Below the pieces are notes generated by a model. It did not search any database. It had not been told where the DNA came from and saw only the letters and a program-made list of their open reading frames with translations. A stretch of 60,109 nt of DNA. Source: Ignavibacteriota bacterium. GTDB lineage: Bacteria; Bacteroidota; Ignavibacteria; UBA10030; CAVZMI01. Both the position numbers and the translations under genes were made by a program. Location: assembly GCA_963776275.1 (NCBI GenBank), contig CAVZMI010000037.1, forward strand, positions 1 to 60,109, written 5' to 3'. Positions 38,163-48,680 of this stretch are shown piece by piece; positions within the stretch are counted from its first letter, which is position 1; each line of letters opens with the position of its first letter.

Positions 38163-39597
38163 TTAAAATGACTTCGATAAATTTAGCACCATTAACTTTG
38201 GTTCCGTCATTTCTTCAATAGCATATCGAACGCCTTCCCGTCCCATTCCCGATTCTTTCACTCCGCCATACGGCATGTGATCAACCCTGTAAGTCGGATA
38301 ATCGTTGATCATTACACCGCCGACTTCCAGCGCTTCGTATGCCATAAAAGCATTATAGAGATCGTTTGTAAATATACCGGCTTGTAGTCCATACTGTGAA
38401 TCATTCAATTTCCTGAGTGCCTCGTTGAAAGAATCCACGGGCGTCAATGTGACAACAGGAGCGAAGACTTCGCGGCATTCTACTTTCATTGCATTTGTAG
38501 TTTCGACGAGAACCGTCGGTGCAAACACCGCATCCTGTCTTGTTCCTCCGATAAGGACTTTCGCTCCAAGATTCACAGCTTCTGTAATCCACTCTTCAGT
38601 TTTGATCGCTGCTGCTTCATCGATCATCGTACCGACAACTGTCGAATCATTGGTGGGATCCCCTACAACAACCTTGTGTGTTGCCTTGACGAATTTCTCA
38701 CGGAATTCCTCAAAGAGGCTGCGATGGACAAAAATTCTCTGCACGGCAATGCACGACTGCCCCGCATTTCCAAAGGATCCCTGGACGATACGCGGGATGA
38801 TCGGATCAAGGGCGACTTTTTCGTCGATAATAATGCCTGCATTTCCTCCGAGTTCGAGCGTCACTTTTTTCTTCCAAGCTTTTTCCTTCAATCGCCATCC
38901 GATTTTAGGGCTTCCTGTAAATGTCAACATAGCAATCCGTGGTTCTGTTGCCAGAACCTCCGCTTCCGCACCCGGACAAGTCACAAGATTGAACGCACCT
39001 TTCGGGAGCGATGATTCTGCAATAATTTCCGTGAATGCCGAAGCCGATGCGGCGGTACTTGAAGCTGGTTTCAATAAAACCGTGTTGCCTGCAGCGATGC
39101 ACGGCGCAACTTTATGCGCGATAAGATTGATTGGAAAATTGAATGGTGTAATAGCAGCAATCACGCCGATCGGAAAACGTCTGAGTATTCCAAGTCTTTG
39201 ATTAGACTGATGAGTCAGATCGAGTGGGAGTGTCTCTCCGTATATTCGTTTTGCTTCTTCCGAGGCTGTAATAAATGTGAATATCGAGCGATCAATTTCC
39301 GCACGCGAGAATCGAATCGGTTTTCCCGATTCGTCCGTTATCAATCGTGCAAGCTCCTCTTTACGGTTTCTCAGAGCATTGGCGATCTCAATCAGTATCG
39401 CGCTTCGTTCGTATCCCTGCAGTTTCTTTGTATTTTCAAATGCTCTGTGTGCAGCTGTAATTGCATCGAGGATATCTTTCGCCGATGCCTGGGCAACAGT
39501 ACCGATGGTCTCTCGAGTGTAGGGATTGACCACGGGGCGATGGCGTGATGACGACCGCCACCCACCGTCGATAAAAAACTTCCATTCGCGGTGCCAT
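38163..39597 (-). CDS. NAD(P)-dependent aldehyde dehydrogenase (apparent +1 indel at codon 3)
   Basis: ITPFNFP, FTGS, LELGGN, catalytic GQSC, EVFAP and PYGG. ATG at 39597 with an AAGGA SD gives MAREWKFFIDGGW if one C is removed. Confidence 0.92.
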
Positions 39598-39609
39598 TCT
39601 CTATCCTTA

Positions 39610-41307
39610 CTATACGCGAAGAAATGCCTTCACTTCTTCGACGACCTTCTCTGTTGCGACTAATTTTCTCTTATTTGTCCTGCGTTCCTTTAGCTCGATC
39701 TGACCATTTTTGAAATTTCGTTCACCGACAATGACCTGCAACGGCATTCCCAGAAGATCGGCATCTTTAAATTTAAATCCCGGAGAAGCATCTGCCCGAT
39801 CATCATATAAAACCTCGATGCCGACAGATTCGAACGTAGTGTGAAGAGTATCGGCTGTTTTTTTCAGTTGTTCGTTTCCCGGATTCACAGCGATAAGGTG
39901 AACGTGGAATGGGGCAATGACTTTATCCCAGATGATGCCGTTTTCGTCGTGATTCTGCTCAATATGACAGGCGACGATTCTTTCAACTCCGATTCCATAA
40001 CTTCCCATAATAATCGGCTTTTCCTTGCCATTTTCATCAAGAAATACAGCATGAAGGCTATCGGAATACTTTGTACCAAGCTTGAAAATGTGTCCGATTT
40101 CAATCGCTTTCGCAATCCGCAGTGGTTTATTGCAGGACGGGCAGGGCTCTTTCTCTTCGACAATTCTCAGGTCATGATACGCCTCGACATTCACATCGCG
40201 GTCAAAGTCGATATTCATCATATGGTAATCGTTCTTATTTGCCCCGCTGATCATTCCATTCGCGTTTTTCAATCTCCTGTCGGCAATGACGCGCATCGGG
40301 GATCGGAGATTGACCGGTCCGATTGAACCGGCATCTGCTCCCGTTAATTCTAATAATTCTTCAGGCCGTGCAGGTCTGAATTCACCCGTTAGAACAGCGG
40401 CGAGTTTTGCTTCGTTGAGCTGATCGTTCCCCATCATGAAGATTAGCACGGGCTTAGAGTTATGGATATAGACAAGCGATTTAGCGCAAGATCGTGTATC
40501 GACTTTCAGGAAATCAGCGAGTTCATCGATTGTTTTTATATTCGGTGTATGAATTTCTTTCGGCAAATCATTTGCGTCAGTCCTGGATGCACCTGCAATA
40601 TTTGATGCAGCGATCTCCAGGTTAGCCGCATATCCGCATTCATTGCAGAGTACAACGGTATCCTCACCAAAATCCGACTCGACCATAAATTCCTGTGACC
40701 CGGTCCCTCCCATTGCACCGCTTGAAGCGCCGACAACGAAGAATCTCAATCCCGAACGGGTAAAAATCTTTTTATATGCTTCAGCGTGAAGATTATAGCC
40801 TCTGTCCAATCCTTCCAATGTAGCGTCAAGCGTATAGGAATCTTTCATGATGAACTCGCGTCCGCGAATTACACCCGAGCGCGGACGTGGTTCATTTCGA
40901 AACTTGGTCTGAATCTGATACCAGATCTGAGGAAGTTCACGATACGAACTGATGTGATTTTTCGCAATCGAGCATATTACTTCCTCGTGAGTCGGCGCAA
41001 GAACGAGAGGTCTATTCTTGATATAAAAAATTATATCACCGAATGCCTGAAGACGACCGGTTTCCTCCCATAATTCCATGGGATTGAGCGCAGGAAGATG
41101 GAATTCCTGTCCACCGATAGCATCCATTTCTTCACGAATGATCTGCATGACTTTTTTCATAACCCGATAGCCAAGAGGGAGAAAACTATATACTCCCGCT
41201 ACGAGAGGCCGCATAAGACCTGCACGGAGCATCAGCTGGTGGCTGGGGATAGTCGCATCCGAAGGAATTTCTTTTACTGTCGGGATAAATAATTGATTGA
41301 TTCTCAT
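39610..41307 (-). CDS. proS: Proline-tRNA ligase (bacterial type with editing domain)
   Basis: SHQLMLRAG, PTHEE, FRNEPRPR, GHIFKLGTKYS and YGIGVER. Confidence 0.98.
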   Translation of the reverse strand: MRINQLFIPTVKEIPSDATIPSHQLMLRAGLMRPLVAGVYSFLPLGYRVMKKVMQIIREEMDAIGGQEFHLPALNPMELWEETGRLQAFGDIIFYIKNRPLVLAPTHEEVICSIAKNHISSYRELPQIWYQIQTKFRNEPRPRSGVIRGREFIMKDSYTLDATLEGLDRGYNLHAEAYKKIFTRSGLRFFVVGASSGAMGGTGSQEFMVESDFGEDTVVLCNECGYAANLEIAASNIAGASRTDANDLPKEIHTPNIKTIDELADFLKVDTRSCAKSLVYIHNSKPVLIFMMGNDQLNEAKLAAVLTGEFRPARPEELLELTGADAGSIGPVNLRSPMRVIADRRLKNANGMISGANKNDYHMMNIDFDRDVNVEAYHDLRIVEEKEPCPSCNKPLRIAKAIEIGHIFKLGTKYSDSLHAVFLDENGKEKPIIMGSYGIGVERIVACHIEQNHDENGIIWDKVIAPFHVHLIAVNPGNEQLKKTADTLHTTFESVGIEVLYDDRADASPGFKFKDADLLGMPLQVIVGERNFKNGQIELKERRTNKRKLVATEKVVEEVKAFLRV

Positions 41308-41414
41308 AAAGAAAAGAATATGTCAGCAATACATTGAATTAATAAAAATATAAGAAAAATCCGGTGGGAATCAATTGAAATACGATAGTCATTCCCCTTC
41401 AGTATATGCGTCCG

Positions 41415-42485
41415 TCATGGTAGATCCGGTTTAACACTTTCCTGCTCGAAAAATGAATTGATGTAATATCCTTTTGATTCAAAAACCGATTTATTTTTTC
41501 CCACAAATTCTTTTATTGTTTCCATAGAGATGGCTTGTGTCACGCCATACTTAATATTTAATTTTCGTCTGACATACACTTCACCGTGATACGGAATGTT
41601 TGCATCATACTCCATATCCGTATTTGCCGGCGTTGGTGTCAGCACATTCTCATAATCTGCAGGAACCGAGCTGACTATTCCAACGAGCTCAAAATTTGGA
41701 ATTCCATCGCGTATTGCAAGGATAACCCCCCCACTGAACCCCCGGTTAAACACGGCATCGAGCAAGAACGATCCGCGGGAATCTCTCTTGGGACTACTTA
41801 CAATTGCCTTTGTGACCATTTTATTCGCCAATGGATAACCGAACATATAGACAAACGTTCCCCATTCCAATTCTTTCGCACGACCGACGGGATAATTGAA
41901 CACGAGGACCGGCTTCGGTGTCTCAAATGTCTTTCCGAGAATGGCAATGTCGTTGATTTTATCAACGGCAAGGATTTCCATTTCTCCTCTTTCAGGCAGA
42001 TCGGCAATGTAATTCAGCAGTGATGCTCGGAATGCTATTGATTGTACATATTCGGTCGGTAATCCGTCACTATCAGGGAAATAGGAAATAATTGTATCCG
42101 GGAATGAGAAGATATGTGCACACGTCAGCACGGCCGACTTAAAACCCTGTGAGTAGATCACGGTAGCGGTTCCCGACGATGTATTGCTGATGTACTGCAC
42201 GTGCACAGCCTGTTTCTCGATTAAATCCATTGTAAGGTCGTTTTTCCGCAGCATAGAACCTGAAGGCAAAGTATAGCTTTTATACCCGGCAATACAATTA
42301 AGGAGCTTGATAGTTTCTCCGATTTTCTCAAGTTGTTCGGAACAACTTTTATATGGAAATTCCGAATCATATTTCCCATCTGAGAGCGTTGGATATGCGA
42401 CATGATAGATATGGGAAGTACATGAGGACAGGATCAGCGATATCAGGATGAGTCCGGGAATCGGACTTCTAAAGACACGGTTCAT
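41415..42485 (-). CDS. Trypsin-like (S1) serine protease lipoprotein
   Basis: LSS-C lipobox; LTCAH, DIAIL and NRGFSGG catalytic triad. Confidence 0.82.
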   Translation of the reverse strand: MNRVFRSPIPGLILISLILSSCTSHIYHVAYPTLSDGKYDSEFPYKSCSEQLEKIGETIKLLNCIAGYKSYTLPSGSMLRKNDLTMDLIEKQAVHVQYISNTSSGTATVIYSQGFKSAVLTCAHIFSFPDTIISYFPDSDGLPTEYVQSIAFRASLLNYIADLPERGEMEILAVDKINDIAILGKTFETPKPVLVFNYPVGRAKELEWGTFVYMFGYPLANKMVTKAIVSSPKRDSRGSFLLDAVFNRGFSGGVILAIRDGIPNFELVGIVSSVPADYENVLTPTPANTDMEYDANIPYHGEVYVRRKLNIKYGVTQAISMETIKEFVGKNKSVFESKGYYINSFFEQESVKPDLP

Positions 42486-42570
42486 AAGACCTCCAGGAGA
42501 AGGTTCACAACAAGGTAGAAAAACCGGTGCATTTGTTCAAGTAACATGAAGAGAATCGATACCTTGCCTG

Positions 42571-44577
42571 TCACTTCGTAATTGTCGATACATCACAATA
42601 GAATGATTGAAGAACTTCCCTGCTTTCCGGATCCTGAATCCACGCAACGATCGCGACATTCGACGGGTTGATCCTGTCAGGTCGTGTTTTCCAACCCGGG
42701 AAATTCGCAAATGAAGAACGCCAAGACGGATGTTTCGCAACATTGTCGAGATAATTCTGTAATTCACGCTCGATCTGTGAAAGTTCTACCGACTGTGTTA
42801 TTTTTTCTACACTGTTGGTCAGCTTTATGGGAGCCCCTTTTATTCCATCAAACAATTTCCTGAGAACGAAGGCATGTCGTGATATGCCGTTCCCTCCGGT
42901 GTAGTCTATCGATTTTTCAACAAGTGCTATATAGAGTCTTGTTAAAAGAGTGTCCTTTCGATTTTTTTTCGCCGTATGAAGCTGGATCTCGACGGCGATC
43001 TTCCCCCCTGTCAACTGTGCGGTACCTTCGATTGTCAGAGGTGGAGTCTTTCCCAAAGAGCGTTTGATGAAATGGTGATACACATTGAAACGATTCTGGC
43101 CGATATAGAGCGGACCTCCGCCAATAATTTTTTGAGTTCCATCTATGACGACGGTTGGAGTTCCAAAATTGCCTCCATACATCATATATCGGTCCCATGT
43201 ATCCGGATTCGTTATCGGATCCGGCTGGGGTATATGGAGATGATTCTCAAGGAGAACAACTGCCGTTCGAGGATAATATTCCGAGAGATAATCGAATGCC
43301 TTATCGGCCGACTGGCATGAACCGCATTCAGAGCCCGTAAAAAGTTCCACAAGGACGACTTTTCCAGTTTTCGATTTCTGTGCGGCAGCTTTTCCCGGAT
43401 AAAAATCTATAAGCGATTGTCGTTTTTTTTCTATTACGCTGTCAATCTGTGCAGGCGTACGCTCTCTTTCGCTTGCGATGGATGCATATGCACTGACGAG
43501 TCGAGGTACTTTCGATCCGATTAATGCGTTCAAATATGCGTCCTTTGCCATCTCATTTTTCCCGATTTTTTCATATGCCTGTCCGATCGTAAACCAGAAT
43601 CCATCATTCCATGGATCGACGAGATCGGTAACCGCACTCAAAATCGCCGCTGCCTCGGCATATTTTTTTTCCGCGAATGATACAAGAGCAAGATTTTGCT
43701 GATAGCTCACGAACTCTTCGATCGATTCTCCCTTCTCCGGAGATTTAGCTGCGCTTGTCGCCCACTCTCGTGCTTTTTTCAGATTGACTTCGGTGTGTGC
43801 CATTAATGCCGCTGCGGAGCTCCGTGCTTCGATAATTTTTTCCGGTTTCGTTGTATCGACATAGGCACGAATAATTTCGTTTACGATTGTTTCTTTTAGC
43901 TGCAGTGCTTCGGAATCGGATTTTGCATAGGTTATCAATGAATTAAATCCCTGAAGTGCCTCATCCGAGTATCCAAAAAGGATCGAGCGGCACAGATCGC
44001 GCAGTGCCATATCTTTTTTTCCATTATTCTCTTCGTAGCGGCCAAGTCTTAGGAGAAAATCCGGATTGTTCGATTCGCTTTGAAGTGCCTCCCGCTCGAG
44101 TTCCTCTGCCTTGAGAGTATTTCCTCTCTGGTAAAGAATATGTGCTTTAATGTGGAGAATCGATCCAATTTCCGGCCGTTTTCTTTCCCTAGCCCATTGT
44201 TCAGCTGCCGCGACATACGTTATGGCGGTATCAAGTCCGATACCTTTTTCAGCAAGAGCATCGGCGATCATCATTTGCATCTGACCACGTGCAGCATCTG
44301 GGAAGGACGCAACACACCGTGGTGCAGTGAGAAGGGCTGAGTCACTTTTATCTGTTTCCATATATGTATTGAATAGTCCATATAAGGCGCGTGAAGTCAG
44401 GCTATTCTGGGGATAGAGATGGAGAAACTCGTTTAGTGCATCGATTCGTTTCTGTGGATCAGTATACCGGAGTATGGTGCGAAGAGTTGCGGTCTCATCC
44501 TGGCAGAGCATTATCGCGGATAAGAATAGTGTGAGCGACAGCGTCATAATAGTAATGTATGTAAGACGAAATTTCAT
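42571..44577 (-). CDS. Exported TPR protein with C-terminal thioredoxin-like (CxxC) and Omp28/DUF1223-like domain
   Basis: Signal peptide at MKFRL (44577); TPR helices; VLVELFTGSECGSCQSAD, GTPTVVIDG and VAWIQ. Confidence 0.78.
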   Translation of the reverse strand: MKFRLTYITIMTLSLTLFLSAIMLCQDETATLRTILRYTDPQKRIDALNEFLHLYPQNSLTSRALYGLFNTYMETDKSDSALLTAPRCVASFPDAARGQMQMMIADALAEKGIGLDTAITYVAAAEQWARERKRPEIGSILHIKAHILYQRGNTLKAEELEREALQSESNNPDFLLRLGRYEENNGKKDMALRDLCRSILFGYSDEALQGFNSLITYAKSDSEALQLKETIVNEIIRAYVDTTKPEKIIEARSSAAALMAHTEVNLKKAREWATSAAKSPEKGESIEEFVSYQQNLALVSFAEKKYAEAAAILSAVTDLVDPWNDGFWFTIGQAYEKIGKNEMAKDAYLNALIGSKVPRLVSAYASIASERERTPAQIDSVIEKKRQSLIDFYPGKAAAQKSKTGKVVLVELFTGSECGSCQSADKAFDYLSEYYPRTAVVLLENHLHIPQPDPITNPDTWDRYMMYGGNFGTPTVVIDGTQKIIGGGPLYIGQNRFNVYHHFIKRSLGKTPPLTIEGTAQLTGGKIAVEIQLHTAKKNRKDTLLTRLYIALVEKSIDYTGGNGISRHAFVLRKLFDGIKGAPIKLTNSVEKITQSVELSQIERELQNYLDNVAKHPSWRSSFANFPGWKTRPDRINPSNVAIVAWIQDPESREVLQSFYCDVSTITK

Positions 44578-44697
44578 TCTATTCTCCTTGATATCAATAC
44601 GATGGATCGATCTGAATGGGATATAATGTACTAATTCTTTCACCAAGTTGAAAGGGGGACGGAGGAAAATCGATGAATGAATATTGCAATCTGAATG

Positions 44698-44772
44698 TGC
44701 CCCTGGGGTGATTCGAACACCCGACACACAGTTTAGGAAACTGCTGCTCTATCCATACTGAGCTACAGGGGC
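44698..44772 (-). tRNA. tRNA-Arg(CCT)
   Basis: Reverse complement GCCCCTGTAGCTCAG...GCAGT-TTCCTAA-ACTGT...GTTCGAATCACCCCAGGGGCA. Confidence 0.95.
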
Positions 44773-45120
44773 TGTATATTCGAATAGAAAATACGAAAAG
44801 TGCGATCAAGTTTCAAGGAGCGGAGATATCTCATTGGAGTATCTTCACTATCCTCGTGATATCAGCGCTTTGGATTATTCCTGATGTATCTCCGAATGAT
44901 GGTAAGTCTTTTATCACTACGAATAATGTGATCGTAGAATCGGGATTGCCAGGCGAAATCGCGAAACCCCTCCGCATGTATGTAATTTGTCACGGCAGAT
45001 TTAAATGACCGTACAATCGAACCCAATGATCCACCTTTGGGGGATATTGTTGACATAAAGTAGTTTTCCGGTTTTTCGGACATTTCAAAATCCAATTTTC
45101 CATTTAGAGAGACTCTCTTT

Positions 45121-45652
45121 TTTTCTGCACTATCTGGGGAGATCATCATTCTATCCTCACTATCTGGGGAGATTATCATCCTATCCTCACTATCTGGGGA
45201 GATCATCATTCTATCCTTACTATCTGGGAAGATCCTCATCCTATCCTCACTATCTGGGGAGATCATCATTCTATCCTTACTATCTGGGAAGATCCTCATC
45301 CTATCCTCACTATCTGGGGAGATCCTCATCCTATCCTCACTATCTGGGGAGATCCTTATCCTATCCTCACTATCTGGGGAGATCCTCATCCTATCCTCAC
45401 TATCTGGGGAGATCCTCATCCTATCCTCACTATCTGGGGAGATTATCATCCCATCCTCACTATCTGGGGAGATCCTCATCCTATCCTCACTATCTGGGGA
45501 GATTATCATCCTATCCTCACTATCTGGGGAGATCCTCATCCTATCCTCACTATCTGGGGAGATTATCATCCTATCCTCACTATCTGGGGAGATCCTTATC
45601 CTATCCTCACTATCTGGGGAGATCCTCATCCTATCCTCACTATCTGGGGAGA
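45121..45652 (-). repeat. In-frame 30-bp tandem repeat, ~18 copies (SPDSEDRMRI)
   Basis: CTATCCTCACTATCTGGGGAGATCCTCATC repeated head-to-tail with no spacers. Confidence 0.98.
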
Positions 45653-45673
45653 CGTTGCATGCAACGTCTCCCC
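45646..45673. repeat. Perfect 28-bp REP-like palindrome within the RAYT gene
   Basis: GGGGAGACGTTGCA|TGCAACGTCTCCCC. Confidence 0.85.
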
Positions 45674-46232
45674 TTTTGTCTCCCCACCCGTCTCCCCACT
45701 CATCTTCCAATTCACATCCTAAATTATTTTCTCCTTCATTTCCCCTTTTATATCCCCATCTTTCTCTACATTTGTCCACCCACCTGTCCCGCAATCTGTC
45801 TCTACTTTCTCCCCGACTATTCAACAATCCATGATTATACTTATCACCCAACACAATTATTCCATGTACATGATTCGGCATTATAATAAAATCATCCAAT
45901 CTGACATCTTTGTGATGGATCGGGATTTCTTTAAACATTTGATGTGCCATCTCTCCAATCTCATTCCGGATCATTTCCCCATCCACAATATCTCCAAACC
46001 ATTCTATCCGGTTTTTAGTACAAATGGTGATAAAATACAATCCGGGTGAATTATAATCCCAACCTGCAAGACGGATGGATTCAGTACGATAGATGCCTTT
46101 AAAGCGATCCATAGGATTCTCTATCATATAGAACGAAATTGGGTTACAACAAGATGAAAAAATCACTATAGAAGGAATAGAATAGTTGGGCGGTGTCGTG
46201 ATAACTCAGTCGTTATACACTGCATTGTGTAA

Positions 46233-46811
46233 TTACAGATACAACCGGTTGGAGCGTATATACTCCGCTACAGATTCAGGAACGAAATAGCGGATCGATT
46301 TACCCGTTTTTACCCGCAGCCGGATATCACTTGACGATATCCCAATCAGCATTAGCGACACAAAATTTGCGTGGCGTAGAAGATCACGCGGAACATCATC
46401 GCGTCGGAATCCGGGACGTTCGCAGACGATGAGTGTCGTCTTCGTCAGTAATTCTTCCTGCAATTTCCACGATTTAAAATCTATAAGGTTATCAATACCG
46501 ATAATGAGGAATAATTCACTGTTGGGATAACGTTGTTCAAACTCCGTTACTGTTTGAATGGTGTACGATGTTCCCCTCTTCCTAATTTCGATATCCGAGC
46601 ATTTAAAATACCTGTTTCCTGAAATAGCGCATTCGACCATTGCGAGACGGTCTTTTCCAGGGGCAAGGTGCTCGAGCTGTTTATGTGGAGGAATATATGA
46701 CGGAATGAAAAATATAGTGCTGAGATTGAATTGTTCCCGTACCGTCTCTGCGAGGAGCAGATGTCCGTTATGCGGCGGATTAAAACTGCCGCCAAAGAGA
46801 CCGATATTCAT
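46233..46811 (-). CDS. nadD: Nicotinate-nucleotide adenylyltransferase
   Basis: FGGSFNPPHNGH, PPHK, SYTIQT and ISSSDIR. Confidence 0.96.
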   Translation of the reverse strand: MNIGLFGGSFNPPHNGHLLLAETVREQFNLSTIFFIPSYIPPHKQLEHLAPGKDRLAMVECAISGNRYFKCSDIEIRKRGTSYTIQTVTEFEQRYPNSELFLIIGIDNLIDFKSWKLQEELLTKTTLIVCERPGFRRDDVPRDLLRHANFVSLMLIGISSSDIRLRVKTGKSIRYFVPESVAEYIRSNRLYL

Positions 46812-47626
46812 ATGGCTCTCGCGTTATTAAGGGTACTACCAAGTTGTCGGAGCAACGAAAGAGTTCTTTTCGGATAATCATGCCGTGTCTCGCAAAGTCG
46901 CTCCAATTTTTCCTTCAGGATCATAAGATCGCTTGTTGTTTGTATCACGGGAAGCGGGCATAGCGGACTGACAAGTCCGTTTATTGTACAGCATCGGCGA
47001 AGAAGCGAATCACTGTCATAAAACTCCTTATCGTCCAGCATCAGGAGCGATTCATGAAGATTTTTCATGCCAAGAAGATAAGGTATGTGGTTTGATAGTG
47101 TGCCGATTGCCACGCTTTCATCCTCAAAATTCAATACACGAAGTGTGTGTTCAATAACATGATAATTCACCAACGGATGAAGTGTTAGAAGGAGAAGAAG
47201 ATTTTTGCATCGTCCACTTCTGAACATCCTCTCGATGGCCGATGAGTAAAGCGGGCCTGTATCCTTTGGTACGACCAATCGAAACTCGGCGGGTGTCATG
47301 AAAAGATTCATCAGCATTTCATGCAGCGCAGGAACATAATAGTGAATCACAATGCGAGTTCTCGGATACCGGTTAACCTGTGCCACAACATCGACGAGAT
47401 ATGAGAGATAGAGTTCCTCGATAGTACGTACCGTAAATTTCCCGTCGAAAAGCGAAGCTGCCATTGCTTCGTCAATCTTCGGTAGCGTCGCCACGAGCAC
47501 GGTATTTTTTTGCACGACTGTCACGAAATACAACCTTTCCTGAACAATAGTATTACTTTTTGATAACAAACACAAGGCACATCTGCTATTCAAGTTCCCG
47601 GTAAACCTGCAGAGTCGCCCGGGCAC
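46808..47626 (-). CDS. Hypothetical protein, degenerate DUF2064/CofC-like nucleotidyltransferase fold (start uncertain, possibly GTG 47515)
   Basis: VAIGT....PYLLGM and LPVIQTTSDL echo VxGPxxDGGYYLIG and LxDIDTxxDL. Confidence 0.5.
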   Translation of the reverse strand: MPGRLCRFTGNLNSRCALCLLSKSNTIVQERLYFVTVVQKNTVLVATLPKIDEAMAASLFDGKFTVRTIEELYLSYLVDVVAQVNRYPRTRIVIHYYVPALHEMLMNLFMTPAEFRLVVPKDTGPLYSSAIERMFRSGRCKNLLLLLTLHPLVNYHVIEHTLRVLNFEDESVAIGTLSNHIPYLLGMKNLHESLLMLDDKEFYDSDSLLRRCCTINGLVSPLCPLPVIQTTSDLMILKEKLERLCETRHDYPKRTLSLLRQLGSTLNNARAI

Positions 47627-48680
47627 ACCGTTCCCATGAGAAGAATTTGATGCGGTCTGTTCCTTTTTTTATAAGTTGTTCACGGAGAAGAGTATCATTG
47701 GTAATTTTATCGATCGCTTCGATGATATTCTCTTCGTCAGTCGGATCGAAGAATAATGCTGCATCTCCAATGATCTCAGGCAATGATCCGGATGACGATG
47801 ATGCCACAGGAATTCCGGCAGCCATCGCTTCGACCACAATCGAACCGAATCCCTCATATAATGAAGGATGGATCATTGCAAAAGCTGCGCCATAAATCTT
47901 GATAACTTCATCAATGTGTAGTTTGCCGAGAACCCGAACCGATGAAAAGAGACGGTATCGTTCGAGCGCCCTTCGAACCGGTGCAGCATGCGTCAGATCA
48001 TCGCCAACAAGTACCAATTGAGGCCTGCGGCTTTCCGGAATTTTAGAAAGTGCCGACAGCAGGCGGGGAACGTTTTTATGAGGCTTCAGTGCACCGGAGT
48101 ATAGAAGATAAGATTCACTCAACGAATACTGCCGACGAACCAGAGATTTTTCCTGTTCATTCAGAGGATGAAACATTTCATTCACACCGACATGGATGAC
48201 CCTCAGCCGCTCATCGGAAATACTGAATTTTTCCTGAATGTCCCTGGCGCTTGTCATCGACACCGTCAGAACGCGATCGGCTTTCGTACAGCTTCGATTC
48301 ATTATCGTCCACGCATATAATCTCTTAAGAATGCCGAAATATTCCGGGAAAAGAAGCGGAATGACATCATGGATCGTGACAACGCTTCGCGCTTTCATGT
48401 TAAGCGGAAGAACATAGTGCGGTGTGTGAAAGATATCAACATGTCCGGCCTGTGCCTGCCGCCCGAGTGAAATCATCCCCCCCAATGAATACTGCTTTGT
48501 CGTGTTGTTGATTACAGTAAAACGATCACTCAATGAAAAGTCGCGCCTGACATCGGGGTGACCAAAAACAATAAACTGAATATCGCCGGGTGCATGTTCA
48601 AAGTGCCGGAGAAGATTGAAAATATACGTTCCGATACCGAGATGATCGATCTTCCGTATGTCGAGACCGACGACCATCAC
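47586..48680 (-). CDS. Glycosyltransferase family 4
   Basis: GIGTY, VTIHD, PHKN and PSLYEGFGSIVVEAMAAG. Confidence 0.93.
   Translation of the reverse strand: MMVVGLDIRKIDHLGIGTYIFNLLRHFEHAPGDIQFIVFGHPDVRRDFSLSDRFTVINNTTKQYSLGGMISLGRQAQAGHVDIFHTPHYVLPLNMKARSVVTIHDVIPLLFPEYFGILKRLYAWTIMNRSCTKADRVLTVSMTSARDIQEKFSISDERLRVIHVGVNEMFHPLNEQEKSLVRRQYSLSESYLLYSGALKPHKNVPRLLSALSKIPESRRPQLVLVGDDLTHAAPVRRALERYRLFSSVRVLGKLHIDEVIKIYGAAFAMIHPSLYEGFGSIVVEAMAAGIPVASSSSGSLPEIIGDAALFFDPTDEENIIEAIDKITNDTLLREQLIKKGTDRIKFFSWERCARATLQVYRELE

Larger units (their letters stand above)
44862..46112 (-). mobile_element. REP-associated tyrosine transposase (RAYT/Y1 HUH family) with a large internal repeat insert
   Basis: SIRLAGWDY...YFITICT, MPNHVHGI (HUH), SLGSIVRSFKSA, WQSRFYDHIIR and IRRYIRNNP (catalytic Tyr). 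Confidence 0.9.

Noticed and set aside
44578-44727. N-terminal extension of the 718-aa ORF
   Set aside because: It overlaps tRNA-Arg; the signal peptide and an AGGAG SD point to a start at 44577.
45121-45652. 30-bp repeats as a CRISPR array
   Set aside because: The units are head-to-tail with no unique spacers, lie in frame within a gene, and no cas genes are present.
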